The notes under the pieces: model-generated
The model's database searches: none
Told to the model about the DNA's origin: nothing
The model's input: only the letters and a program-made list of their open reading frames with translations
Source: Octopus bimaculoides
Taxonomy: Eukaryota
Direction: 5' to 3'
Assembly: GCF_001194135.2 (NCBI RefSeq)
Contig: NC_068988.1
Coordinates: forward strand, 4,235,456-4,299,455
Length of the DNA: 64,000 nt
Position numbers and translations under genes: made by a program
Shown: positions 1-12,904 of the stretch, in pieces
How the letters are laid out: each line of letters starts with the position of its first letter
How positions within the stretch are numbered: position 1 is the first letter of the stretch

Positions 1-292
1 ATGCAAGCGTACCATCATCCATGCGAACACATTTCTCTCCAACAACATCACTATTCTCTCTCCTACACTGTCTTGCAACACGAAATACCTCGAGTCTTTG
101 GTCCTCACGGCGCAGAACATTGGCAAATCTTTCCTTATCTGCTTCCCCTCTGGCTAAATAAACCTGTCGCCTAGCCTCCCTTCTGGCACATTGGTACAAT
201 TCCCTGCTACCACCGTTCTTCCAGTCCTTCCAAGCCTGTTTCTTTTGTCTAATAGCCCTGTCTACCTCCTTGTTCCACCACCACGTTACTCT
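1..292 (-). mobile_element. RTE-like non-LTR retrotransposon ORF2 fragment (post-endonuclease linker)
   Basis: Minus strand translates without stops as RVTWWWNKEVDRAIRQKKQAWKDWKNGGSRELYQCARREARRQVYLARGEADKERFANVLRREDQRLEVFRVARQCRRENSDVVGEKCVRMDDGTLA. The WWN..V...I..KK.AWK.W and ...DVVGEKCVR motifs are typical of LINE ORF2. Runs off the window start. Confidence 0.88.
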
Positions 293-1689
293 TTACTCAC
301 AAACATGAGCACACTATATAGATGCATAAACACTCACACAGTCATACATAAAATACTGAAAAATTTCTTACAACTTCTGAGCTTCATGTGTTCTACTTGA
401 AATCAAAATATTAAACAATTCAAAACAACTGTTTTGTTGCTATTATTTTGTAGTTTTATTCAATTATTTCACATTATTATTATTATTATTTGTTGTTGTT
501 GTTGTTAAAACTATTTTCATATATTATTTCCATGGCAATGTTGAACTATAACAACATCATGTACAAAGTTTTTTTATCTTCTATTGTTTGTATTTTACTG
601 CAGTGCATGATGTCAAATACAGGTGCATTCTCTTTTTCATTTTTTTAGCAGCACCTGGCAGTGAAGATTCTTTGAATTCTGAACATTTGTTCTTTGAGTT
701 AATCACAAACCATAAATGTTACCACAATGTAGATCGTATTTACTTGTTTTATAGCTACCAATATTTAGAAATATGCTGAGTCTTCTAATTCTTTGTTAAA
801 TTATACCTTCTCCTCATCCCTGGATTTCATTTAAATAGTGAGTTGGATAGGAGATGAAGAATATAGAGCCCCACCTATAAACATGGAAACAATTATCCAT
901 TTTGGATATTCAGAAGTTATGTGTTGAGTATAAAAAATTAACAAACATATATATTAATTTCTTAAATATATGTTCAACACTTTTGTTATTACATTTGTGT
1001 TGGAATACACTGTCTTTGGGTCAATTAATTTTGGCAAAAATGAGAAATTTAGTAAAATAATTTTGTCATTATTTAGCAATTTTTTGGAACATAACTTAGC
1101 ACAGAATTTTGGTAAAAGATTTTATTTGGATCACTTCACCCTTTAGCATTCGGATTATTCTGTCAAAGGTAATGCTTTTTCATTCACTTTGTTTTTAATT
1201 AATCATACATTATCTTGAATCTTTGAAATTTGGATATGTTTGTATATTTTCAGGATAATATTGAATGGCAGGTGTGATAAGCTTGATCAAGGTGCTTTGA
1301 AAATAAAACAGGCAGTATTTTTGGGCCAGATTTTTTGGGCCAGATATTTTGGGCTGGTTTCAATGCTAAAGGTTTATAACAGGAAGATTATATCGTTGAA
1401 TATGAGTCAGTCTCTGGTGATTTGATGTTAAAATGGCAAAGATTTAATTTATAGATAATCAGTCAGGCATTGAGCAATAAATACACATATGTAATTTGTA
1501 TGAATATAAAGATAACATGAAATAAGGATTAGAATGTAATCATTAAAGAGAATTGAAACTGATATTTCCTCGATGATGCCTCAGTGTAGTTACTGCTGTA
1601 AAGTATGTCTTTATTAAAACTTCTGTATTTATATGAAACATTTTAAATGAAAAGTGATTTAGTGATTGATTCATGCAATCAAGGGAATC

Positions 1690-2120
1690 ATAAACGCTGG
1701 GACATGGTCTTGGTATGGTTGAATGTAAATAAGGAACAAGGAATATCATCTGGCAGTAAAAAGAGAAATTAGGCATCAGGAATATATAGCAATGAGAGAT
1801 GCTGAAAGTCAGAGATTTGCCAATGTTATGCGATGAGATAACGAGTGACCCAGGAAGTTCCATATTGCAAAGTAGTGAATCAGTGAAAATCAAAATATCG
1901 ATGAGGGAAGTACAGAATGAAAGTGGAGCAATATGCAGAAGGAAGACAGCAGACTAGCCATAGTAGAGTCAATAGAAGAACCATTTATTGTATTTGACAG
2001 CTGCATGGTTGATGGTGGCATTAAGGATATGATGACAGGGAAAGCTGAATTGCAATCAAGGATAGTTACTGAGATACTGAAATTACCTGGCAAAGTGGAA
2101 TTCAAGCTAATGACTCTGAC
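1690..2120 (+). mobile_element. Degenerate RTE-like LINE ORF2 fragment (same family as 1-292)
   Basis: agatttgccaatgttatgcg matches the RFANVLR segment at 1-292. The downstream peptide IKDMMTGKAELQSRIVTEILKLPG resembles RT domain 0 (IK.MK.GKA.G..GI..E.LK). Stops and frameshifts present. Confidence 0.75.
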
Positions 2121-2356
2121 CAGAAAGTTGCATACCAGGCAATGGTTAATGAAGCAAGATCCTCATAAACTGCTGCATGGTCAAAGAAGAGGATCTAGAA
2201 AGAAGCAACTTTTGTGCTATCAACTGAAAGATCAGATATTGCAAATAAGATAAAATGTTTTAAGAACAACAGATTTGATAAAGAATCAGCTCAGTTTGAA
2301 TTTGTGCCAGACTGGAGCACCACTGATTCTCTCATCCTAGTGAGACAAAGATGATG

Positions 2357-2393
<37 letters not shown>

Positions 2394-4299
2394 GATGGAT
2401 GATCATGATTTCTTTATATCAGTTTTGGATTAATTTTTACTTCCTTTTATACTAAGCAAACGTACTACTTGTGCATAAAAGATGAGCCTTTGAGTCGATT
2501 CCAACTTGATTAGCTAACCAAATCTCTTCCTTATGAAATAATGTTGTGATGCCAACACCTTGTCCATCTCGTTTACACTGAGAATTAACACGAGCAACTT
2601 TTGTTAAATAAATATTTTTTAAAATAATTTATATCATAGAAATAAATATTGGACAAATATGAAATCAATAGAAGAAAGTAAAACTGCTTTGACAACACTC
2701 CATGGAAAATTCATATTAAAAACACGATGAATTCAGAAATGTACAATAAAAGTAGAGGTGAACTTCACTTTAGAAAGAAGTTGTCGTAATTTTAATCGGT
2801 AGTGTATTATGATTACAATAAGTTCAGAAAATTGAGAATAGATAGAAATAGAGACATCTTAGTAACATGCAAAAATAGTAAAGTTGTATAGAAATAACAC
2901 AAGTGAATATACAGCAGTGTGCTATAAGCAGTGAAAATATTTGATGCTCATAAAAGCAAGTAAACTCTAACATTGTTTTGAAAGGTAAATATATATTTTA
3001 AATGAAATTATATTTTTATTTATAAATCCTGCAGAAAATTTCAAACAGTTATAGATAGTCTGTTTATTAACACTTACTGAATATACATATCTGATGGAAT
3101 AAATATTTACCAATAGGAAAGTTCTTTGCTTGTTGGTTATTCTTAGATTTGGTAAAATTAAAACCAGTAAAAGTAGAAACTCTTTTTACAGAGACTTGAA
3201 CACTGGTAAAGAGAAAGTTTGTAATTCAAAAGCCTGCAGTTCAATATCTGCTGTAGCTGGTCGTAACAAGTGTTTGTGGCAGCAGTCGTTGCTGCTGCTG
3301 TTATTCTTCTTCTTTTGTACTGAATTATCCTTTAAAGGTCAAACCTATGACTGAAAACATTCTAGCCATGACCATTCCATGTTGTTTTCAGGATAACATC
3401 TCCAAGATTATGTCTTCCAATGTGTCCTTCTTTTTTCAAGGAAGTAAAGTATAATTTGAGAGAGATTAGTCTGCTATACCTAGCAGGTTGATTAATCACT
3501 AAGAAGGCCCATTCCATTGCTAGTGAATCCAAAAGACATTTCGATCATGGTGGCATCATTAAAGATTTCATCTTCATGTGGTGAAACTTACCTTGATACA
3601 ACCCACCCTCCTCAAAGTTATCCACAAGCAATGAATTCAACTGATTAGTGTAAGATGACAGTAGTAAACTTCACAATTTGTGCAGAATCCAATGAAGCAG
3701 AATCTAAATCAAGGTCTTCCAACCTTTAAAAGAACCACTTGTTACGTGTGAGATTCTGTAAATACCTTAATATTTATGCAAACCGAAACACAAAAGAATT
3801 CCAGATATAATGACACACAAATTATGTGAACAAATTATAAATGGGTTTACTGTGAAATATAAGCTGAGGAAATGTTTCAATGAAATCCTGAGAGTACATT
3901 TCTTTAGCAAAACTTTTCAATGTCTGATTCCTCTTTTGTTAAGTGCCATTCTCATGTAGTCACAAAGATGGGCATCTGAGTCATGATCTGCCTTTATATT
4001 TAACAATTTTCAATAACATATTTATTCATTCTCGAACCTGATATAAGAAATCTGAATGTGAATATTTGATCAGTGTTATTTTTCATTATCAGAGGAGATC
4101 TACCCTCCCCCGCTTTAGCTGATGTGTGTATTCATAAGCCTCCCTACAACACTGTATCACGTGTCTTATGAACAGACGTCATCTAAAGGGAAGTGATGTT
4201 CGCCGATGAAAGAAGAAAAAACAACAACAACAACAACAACAATCAAGTACCTGCCAGAACCTTTTGAGAGTCTATAGAAACACTATTGTTGGGAATCTC

Positions 4300-5150
4300 T
4301 CTGCTTTGCATGCACCTCATGAATTATTATAAAATGTTCATTGTTGTAAACCCTGATTTACAAATATAAGTAGAACCATATTCTTTCAAGAGGAGGGAAT
4401 CTTCATGAATCAACCAAATGAATAGAGACTACTGGTCGACTGCTTGACTTCTTTATTCCAATTCATTTCATAAAATAATAATTTCCATTTTTATCTGAAT
4501 TTTGTCTAATTTGAAAGGAAGTTTCTGTTTGAGGAACAATAAATTGTATATTTAGTGGTTTATTGCATAAATGGGTTCAAGAGAAATGGAAATGGACCTA
4601 CAACAGTGGTGAGATCAATAACTCACTCCGGAAAGTTATCAGTATCTTTTGGAGATTATCTATATATTGATTGGCTTTCAATGTGGTAGCAGTCTGCAAG
4701 TGCAATCTCTTAAACTTGGGAAATGTTGAAGATTTTTTCTTTGTTATCTGCAATTTCCATGACTTTAACTTGATTGTAAATACGTTTATTGAACTCACCA
4801 TCTGTGAAATGCTGTTCATTTCTCCTTAAAGCCTCAGAAAAAGATTATAAAACATTCTTGTGATATTCTTCAAAAACAATGAAACACCTAACCAGTATGG
4901 ATTACTTAATTCTTCACAAAATTCTTCACCACGATGCTGTAAAAAATATTTGACTTCAGCTTTTCAAATAGATTACCATTGACAGTAACTACTTCCTCTA
5001 GAAGGGATTTGAACAGCTCCTACTGCAGGGGCCTTGCTCTGATTAGGGTTTATGACTTAATGATGACCTTCATGATGTACTTATATTTAATAACTTTGGT
5101 ACAAGGAGCCTTGTAAATAGACAATACTGCAATAACTTATACATTCTAAA
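4300..5150 (-). pseudogene. hAT (Charlie/Buster, GTF2IRD2-like) transposase fossil
   Basis: Broken minus-strand frames give IRARPLQ*ELFKSLLEE (cf. IRARAL.HR.FK.LLEE), FLLNPF, and LLLKEYGSTYICKSGFTTMNI (hAT C-terminal STY.CE..FS motif). Multiple stops and frameshifts. Confidence 0.7.
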
Positions 5151-5289
5151 GTGCATTTCTATGAGTGTATTCTAATACAGTGACATAGCATGCAAGCAGA
5201 TATTCCATCCTTTTGAATTAGTGGAGTGAGGCATGGAAGCTGGTCTATGGCTAAGATAACTGAGGAAAGTTGAAGACAAAAAGAATAGT

Positions 5290-5680
5290 CATGTCTAAAA
5301 TGAAAGTATACAATAATAATAGACAATCAGCCATCTTGCAGTAGATTTTCTCTATTTTCTTTAACGTTCATGATCCTTTGCAGGGTCTATATTTTCCCAA
5401 TGTTTGTCTCTTAACAGCTTTCCATACTTCCTGAAATGTTTGATGCCATGTAGCCAGTGGTCTTCCTTGTCTTTTAATTCCTCTTATTGTTATCTATTTC
5501 AGTGCTGCTCTTGCCTTCAGATAATCTGACTTCCACAGATGTGACCAACCAGTCACATTCTTTGTCTCATTATCATATCTTGAACACTTCACAATAATGC
5601 TCAGAATTTTCCTTTAGGACATCTGATGGATGACATCCAATTTCTTAGAGATACTTTCGTTAAATAATATTTACAAAACA
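5290..5680 (-). mobile_element. RTE LINE 3' end fragment
   Basis: Minus-strand remnants LVGHI and GIKRQGRPLATWHQTFQE match the RTE ORF2 C-terminus (GH...G.R..GRP..TW). Confidence 0.65.
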
Positions 5681-6784
5681 TATTTGGCTGATCCTCCATA
5701 TGACAGCTAAAAATTAAAAAAAGACAACACAAAAAAGAAACTGAAATAGTATAACAGAATACAAACACAAATACACACATACACATCTTCTATATATGTG
5801 TGTGGTGTGTGTGTGTATGTGTGTGTATGTGTGTGCATGTGTGTGTGTATGCATGAGTGTGTCTGTATGCATGTGTATGTGTGTGTGTGTGTATTTAACC
5901 ATGTTTCTTTAAGTGTAAACTAAAAATACATAATTGTATAAAATAAATATTTAACAAGGATGGTATTGTTAGATCTATTATTGTATTGATGCCTCCAGAT
6001 TCTCTTTGATGATTGCATTTATGATTTCCTGTTTTGTTACTTCCACATGAACAATTTGTTGGAATCACTGTTGTATTGGATCAAATAATTGTATCCATGT
6101 TAAATCTATATTATGTATAATTACATATTTACTCAAACAAAAAATAATATGCATATTTTGTTTCTTTAGAATGTTTAATGTCATATGTGCTTCCATTTTA
6201 TTCTGTTATCGTGGTTACTTTTTTTCACTTGTAATATTAAGGATTACCCTTTTGTTATAAAGAATTTCTCTTTATGAAAGGATTTAGAAAAAAGAATCAA
6301 AGTTATGTGATGCTGGGAAAAAACCAGGCAACATGCCTTGTACCCTAGGTTAGTGAACACAATGGAGAACTACATTCCGGCAAACATAGGGAGAAGCAAT
6401 TTATGTTCAAACTTAACACTTCCACCATGATAGACATAAATTAAAGATTACTCTACCCAACTAACTATGCATCTGTGTCTGCACTTTGTCTTTTCTCCTG
6501 CTAGTATAGTGGCTTCTATTTTCACAAGATGGCAGATCTCATGCCATCTCTACTCAGACACTCCTGACTCTTATTTCTTCTTCTCATTGTTCATACTGTG
6601 TTGACCCACTGTAGTCCTTCACTAACCACAAAACCCAGCCCTTCCACCACACTTACTAAAACCATCCCTCAGTGCATGATTTTCTAACGTCCATCAACTG
6701 AGCAGTTCAGATGGAATGTCAATCATATCAATCTCATTAATCTCAATCAGCCTCCACACAAGGAGGGAAATATTTAGTAATTGT

Positions 6785-6925
6785 TTTCAAAATAAGAATA
6801 AGGGCAAAGATATCGTGGATGTGAATTACACTATTAAATTAACCTCAGTATTTCATTTGTACTCTATTTTATTGAGCTAAAAAGAATGAAAGGTAAAGTT
6901 GACCTCAGCAGGATTTGAAATCAGG
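6785..6925 (-). mobile_element. Degenerate tRNA-derived SINE fragment (family D)
   Basis: aaagaatgaaaggtaaagttgacctcagcaggatttgaaatcag matches the better copies at 31582-31999 and 23035-23242. Confidence 0.6.
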
Positions 6926-8181
6926 TAAATTACTTAATAATGAAAGTAAGTCAATGATTCTCATGCCGTAACAAAAGTGTCTGGATTACTTAGGGACTTG
7001 AAATAACATGTTTGAAGATTGCCAACGTTTCTGAGGCTGTTAGTCTCAAAATATAAAAAGATTGTGAAGTATATTTGCTACCTAAATGTGGCTAACCCTT
7101 AAGGGTCGATGCTTCTGTAGCTTGTAGCCCCAGGAAGACATTGGTCAGAGCTGGATAAATAGCTAAATTAATGCAGAAAGTACATGACCTGAGTACTATC
7201 TTATTCTCATTTACTTACTATATATTTGCTCATAAAATGATTTGTTGGTAATGATTTGACTATGCAATGTTAAGGAGGTCTGATAACAATGAAACATGTT
7301 TGATTTGTCACTGTATGGGAAAAAATCCTATTTACTCCCAACTAAAGTCTGTTTTGATTAATTTTAATTAAAATTCCAAGAGCCATCTCCCCTGCCCTTC
7401 TCACACTGATTAGCATTAATGATTAACATAAAATTTTCTTCTTTGTTATGAGTGTAATAGTAATAATTAAAATTTCTTATTCAACTACATTAATTATATT
7501 AGTTCCCACTTAACTATTTGTTTTTTATGCAGCAGGAATCCCTGAGTATTTTACCTCAGTCACTCCATTAAAAGAAGCAGTAATTTTAAAATTTTATACA
7601 GTAAATAATGTGTGGAGTTGGAAGAATTTTAAAAAATTTGTTTGCTTTGTTGTTTTTTTTTTGTTTGCAGTAATTAGTTGACGATGTGACAATGGCTACT
7701 TTGATGTTGACTTCATAGTTTGTTGTCTTCTGAATAATTAGTGCCATCTTTAGTGAGAAAGGGGCAGAATGTGAAAGATGAGGTGTATTTACACACACAC
7801 ACTTCTGTTTCAGAGTCTGTTAATATAAATCTTCATGGCTTTCACTATACAACTTGATGTTTGAAATTCAGTCAACCAAACTATTATGTTGATATGAGTG
7901 AGTGACCAATGACGACCACAATATATCATGTCATGATAAACTCAATGATGGTCATTCTCATTCACTGGCTCTCGTCTCTCTTGCCTCTGATCTGCTTTAT
8001 ACTCAAACATACAGAACTCTGTTCAAGGTGACAGATTTTTCTATGTTCAGTAGCGTAAGATTATATCAAATACATGACATGTCATTTCATAGCTGTAGTT
8101 GCCTTTCTAGAATACAAGGACAGCTTAGAACAATATAAAGCAGGTGAACCATTCATTCATCTCACTTGTCGTGTAGTAGTA

Positions 8182-8183
<2 letters not shown>

Positions 8184-8229
<46 letters not shown>
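8184..8229. repeat. (AAT)n microsatellite
   Basis: Direct reading. Confidence 0.95.
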
Positions 8230-8232
<3 letters not shown>

Positions 8233-8858
8233 GCAGATGATTTGAGAACTATGATTGAAAGAATTTCTCTCCCCCAAAAATAACAAAAAAAAAACAATAT
8301 TTATTGATTGTTGTTTTGAAAGCTAAATAACATTATTTTAAATGTTAAAAGGAAGAGAAATTTAAATGAAAATATAAAATTCTTGCACTCACCCAATAAA
8401 AAGAGAAAAATTACAAGAAAGTGCTTCATAAATCACCATTAATGAGACAACAAAAGGACATTATTTCAATGTTGTGCTCTTAATGAGCAAATAGAGGCAG
8501 GCACAATATCTGCAACACTACACAGATTTTCACTGTTCCTCAATGAAACTGAAAGTTTACCCTAGAATTCAACTTTGGAACTGATTTTCAAGACTGCAAA
8601 CTCTGAGATTATTTATTAAAATTGGTTTTAAATTCTTAAATAATGTAACTTGTATCATTGTACTTCAATTCAATTATACAAATGTTTGGTTTCCGATTAT
8701 TTTAGGTAGTGGCATAGCTGGATTGTTTAGATGTTCACTTTGGAATTACATGTGGTTAGGTATTCGGTTCCACAATGTGGATGCATTTGCCTGGTGTCTT
8801 CTAATACAGCTGTAGGGTGTCCAATAGATGGAGGCTGGAAGAAGCCTGTCATTCATAC

Positions 8859-8891
<33 letters not shown>

Positions 8892-8939
8892 AAATGAAAC
8901 AAAATCGCAAAATATGACAATAAAACATTTGGACAGATA

Positions 8940-9260
8940 CACGATACAAAACTGGACAAGAGAAACAACAATTAGAAGGACAAGGGGAAAAAAAGGACGG
9001 GTCATTCGTGGCCTTCTTTCTTCGGTCAATTTACCAGGTGTCCTTACTATTTTGGGAAGTTACACTTGAGCCAGTTCGATCTGGTTGCCCCCAAAAAAGT
9101 CTTAGCTAATAGCATTAGATTTTTTTTTGTAAGAAAGCTAGCAAATGTGTATGGCAACAAAGACAAAAAACAGAGAACATGGTACATAATTACAAATGCA
9201 AACAACAAGAATATAACAATAGGTGTCTTTCGACTGAGAACGAATCAAATTGAGCTGATG
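8940..9260. repeat. Dispersed repeat fragment, class unclear
   Basis: tacaaaactggacaag...ggacgggtcattcg...ttcgactgagaacgaatc resembles a common octopus repeat as I recall it. No coding motif seen. Confidence 0.35.
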
Positions 9261-9336
9261 TGTATGAAATGAAAGCCTAAAGGCAGAAACATAAGAAGTG
9301 TTATGTATGTATATATGTATCTATCTNNNNNNNNNN

Positions 9337-9376
<40 letters not shown>

Positions 9377-10199
9377 GTATACATATATACATGTATGTGT
9401 GCAGGCATGTGTGTATGTGTGCATATGTTTCTGTGTGTATGTGCAGATATTTGTTGGAATGAGTTTGTATTTCCTCTCACCTTCACATGTGTATGCTTTG
9501 ATAGTAAACAAATTCAACACTCATTCATAGTGTTATTTTCTTGCTGTCCTCCACAAAAGCATGTCAGGGCTGATCGTTCTTTGGTTGACTTAGGGATTAT
9601 TACCTTACTTGGAAATCAGGGTTGGTATAATGAATTGCATCCTATCATGGAAAATTCTTCTGCAAAATAATCTCTCCTGATCTATGCAAGCATGGAAAAA
9701 CAGACGGTCAAACAGCAATGATATTTATAATATGGCGATGCAGTGTATTGAAGTAAAATATTTGAAATTATATATTTTATTTCAAGGTTCAATCACTGAA
9801 CAACTTAATTTGTGTCTTGCAGATTAAAGTTTCACACCAAGTTACATCAAACTTTCTTTTACTCCAGCAAATAATTTCTTCTTCTTATTATTATTATTAT
9901 TATCTAGTTTTGCATCTTAATTCACTTTGATTGTTTTAATATTTTGTAACTTTTCAAAGATATTACTCATAATCTGCCTTGAAATTTCTACAATTGCCCA
10001 GATTACAATTTCTCAATTAAGTTCCAAGATTGTATTTTCCAATTAACCCCTCAAGTCACCTTGAAAGTTAACCTTGAAATTTCTGGGTCATAATTTCCCC
10101 ATGAATTGCTTGCAAAAGAATCTATTTAAAGTACAGAAAGTACCAAATTGTGGAATACTAACTGAGATGAAATTAATTTATACTTAATTATGAAGCCTA

Positions 10200-10500
10200 C
10201 TGGTGCATAGATTAGGGATTAGGATATTTGGATCACAGTCATAAGGTTTCGTTCCTGGTAGCTGTCTTTGAGCAAAACACTTTATTTCACATTGTTACAG
10301 TCAATTCAGCTGGAAAAAAGGAGATGTACCTGTAATTCAAAGGGAGCCAGCCTCATCCCATCCTGTGTCATGTTGAATTTCCCAGACAACTATGTTAAGT
10401 GTATGCTTGCCTGTGTAGTGCTGAGCCACATGTGCATTAATTCTGTCTGTTCCATTGATCAAATCAACTTGAATACTCGTTGTTATAACCAACAGAGACT
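10200..10500 (+). mobile_element. Old copy of tRNA-derived SINE family E
   Basis: tgtacctgtaattcaaaggg...caactatgttaag...gtgctgagccac...ctgttccattgatc aligns by eye with the full-length copy at 63009-63392. Confidence 0.75.
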
Positions 10501-11154
10501 CAGAGAAGTGAAACCTACAATTAGTTAAATGGTATCAGGTAGTCTGTATCTTATTGTTCATACAGTATTCCTACCATCAAAGTTAAAATAGTTCCTTGTA
10601 ATAAACAGTAAAACTGATAGGAAATAAGTTAGTTTGCAGTTCTGGCTTCAGGCTTTCCTGCAGACTTGAGCCATGTTTTGTAAAAAAAAAAGTGTTAACA
10701 ATGCAGTTTTACTTTCACTTGTATCGTTATTTCTTGAGATCGGATTCAAAACAGATGAGTTTGAATATTTATTGTGACAGATCAGTTACTGCTGTGTGAA
10801 ATTGAATGATGTATTTCTAAATTATGTAAAAATAATTACTCATGTTAAAAATTAAGCAAATAACACACTTAACACAACTTTATTTTCACCTCTTTCCTTG
10901 CATCGAGTTTTCTCGACTGGTTTGTTGAGACAGTTGTCACCATTCACCTAAAATATCTTCATATTCCTATGGAAAATAAGAAAAAAATTGCATCCTTCAG
11001 AGTCTAAATGTAGTGGAAAGAAAGGTCTAAAACAAAGTCAACTTTGTTGCAAGGAAGGAAGCAAAACATTGTAAATTCAGTCTTTGGTAATGCAATATTG
11101 CTGCTGCTACTGCTACTGCTGCTTTTGCTGCTTTTGCTGCTAAGGATGATGATG

Positions 11155-11156
<2 letters not shown>

Positions 11157-11218
<62 letters not shown>

Positions 11219-11234
11219 TAATAATAATAATAAC

Positions 11235-11282
<48 letters not shown>
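11157..11282. repeat. (AAT)n microsatellite flanking the RLE fragment
   Basis: Direct reading. Confidence 0.95.
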
Positions 11283-11283
<1 letters not shown>

Positions 11284-11450
11284 GACATGAATATTGTGAG
11301 TAAAGAGGTTGAAAAAGTCACCAGGTACTCCGAACTGAAAGTGGAAATGGCAAGACTGTATGGAATGCGAGGGGGTTATGTAAAACTGGTCGGAGGGTTG
11401 ACCTCAATCCCATTGAAACTTCAAAATTTCTTAAGGCAACTGGAAATCCC
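11284..11450 (+). mobile_element. R4/Dong-like non-LTR element, C-terminal restriction-like endonuclease fragment
   Basis: DMNIVSKEVEKVTRYSELKVEMARLYGMRGGYVKLVGGLTSIPLKLQNFLRQLEI fits the RLE tail D.NI..KE.EK..KY..L..E..RLW.M.....V.G.LG.IP. (AAT)n lies on both sides, with a gap at 11451-11661. Confidence 0.7.
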
Positions 11451-11661
11451 NNNNNNNNNNNNNNNNNNNNNNNNNNNNNNNNNNNNNNNNNNNNNNNNNN
11501 NNNNNNNNNNNNNNNNNNNNNNNNNNNNNNNNNNNNNNNNNNNNNNNNNNNNNNNNNNNNNNNNNNNNNNNNNNNNNNNNNNNNNNNNNNNNNNNNNNNN
11601 NNNNNNNNNNNNNNNNNNNNNNNNNNNNNNNNNNNNNNNNNNNNNNNNNNNNNNNNNNNNN

Positions 11662-11723
<62 letters not shown>

Positions 11724-11759
11724 TTTTAAAAGGATTGACATAACACCTCACAAAAGTAA

Positions 11760-12890
11760 ATAGACAATACGAAGAGTGTGATGCGATTACAATAGATGTT
11801 TTATTGGTTGAACGATATTTCGACAGCTAGCCTGTCTTTATTGAGTTCAAAATGAAAAGTGATTCATAGAAATTCAAAATTATGGAAATTCAAATTTAAA
11901 ATCTGAACGAGGCAACCAGTGCTCCCATGTTGATGGAATTGCATCATCAGTCTTCAGTTTTCAAGTTTACAACTGGCAAAAAGAAAAAAAAACAGAAAAA
12001 AAGAAAAGAAAAAAGAATATTTAATCAAACAGCTTTGTGTAAATATGATGAAATTCCCCTTTTGTTTTATTCATCCCTCCAGGGTTTGATGCTAATAACA
12101 TATATCTCTTCTCATGCATTTTAAGGACTTAAAATGTAGGAGATTCAGAATAGTTTCTGAGAATACGTACTTTCAAGTTTTTTTCAAAATTGCAGCTGGT
12201 TGATGTAAAATGTTCAGCAAGTTCTATCAACCTTCTGTTATTGTGCCTGATGTCATATTTGTGGCCATTGAATATTTTGTTTAATTGTTCTGGTGTACAA
12301 CCAACGTAAATCAAGTTGTGTTTCGTACATTCTGCTGAGTACACCAAATGGGAATCTCTACACATAAAACCTTCCACGTAAATCCTAACATTTGTGTTAT
12401 GATTCCTGATGGAATTCACTTGAATCATGTTGTTGCACAATGTTCAAGGCTCTCTTGCGGCTGTTTTTCAAGATACATCATGCAGAAACTCCACTATTAG
12501 TTTTCTTGAAGTCAGATGCAGAGGTTAATAGTTCTCTTAGATTTTTATTCCATCTTAAAGACTACAATATGTAACTGAGGAAATATAAGTTTGAAACAAG
12601 GATATTTTTCTGCAACAGGCTGCTAACTTTCATGTAACACTTTTGAAATGCCAGCGAAATTTCGGTGCCAGTTAATCACTAAAGGAATTCTGTCACATAT
12701 TGTATTTTGTTTGCAAAATTATGTGTGAAAGTTTGATTTTCCTCACTAATCTTAGCTATGTTATTTGCAATTTCCTTTAATTGTAATTCACTGTAACTGC
12801 ATTTGATATAATGGTCTACAAAAGCATTTGCATGTTTCCAGTAATCCCCTATATCAGTACAAATCCGTTTTAACCTCAAAAATTGGAATT
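11760..12890 (-). mobile_element. 5'-truncated Penelope-like element (RT thumb/linker, GIY-YIG endonuclease, 3' terminal repeat)
   Basis: Minus strand gives QFLRLKRICT...RIPLVINWH...NKNLRELL, then CRDSHLVYSAECTKHNLIYVGCTPEQLNKIFNGHKYDI...LAEHF...SNPGGMN. These are the Penelope RT C-terminal and GIY-YIG (LVY...YVG) motifs. Frameshifts and stops present. Confidence 0.88.
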
Positions 12891-12904
12891 TTGGATTTGA
12901 CAGA

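Noticed and set aside
3592-3640. 49-nt minus-strand candidate exon (LNSLLVDNFEEGGLYQ, gtaagt donor)
   Set aside because: Weak polypyrimidine tract; flanking frames look like decayed coding relic; no supporting partner exon.
4799-4937. Minus-strand exon-like segment with cag acceptor and gtgagt donor
   Set aside because: No frame is open end to end, and it lies within the hAT fossil.
8995-9035. Hammerhead-like CCGAAGA...CGAATGAC on the minus strand
   Set aside because: Stem II does not pair and the GAAA is broken.
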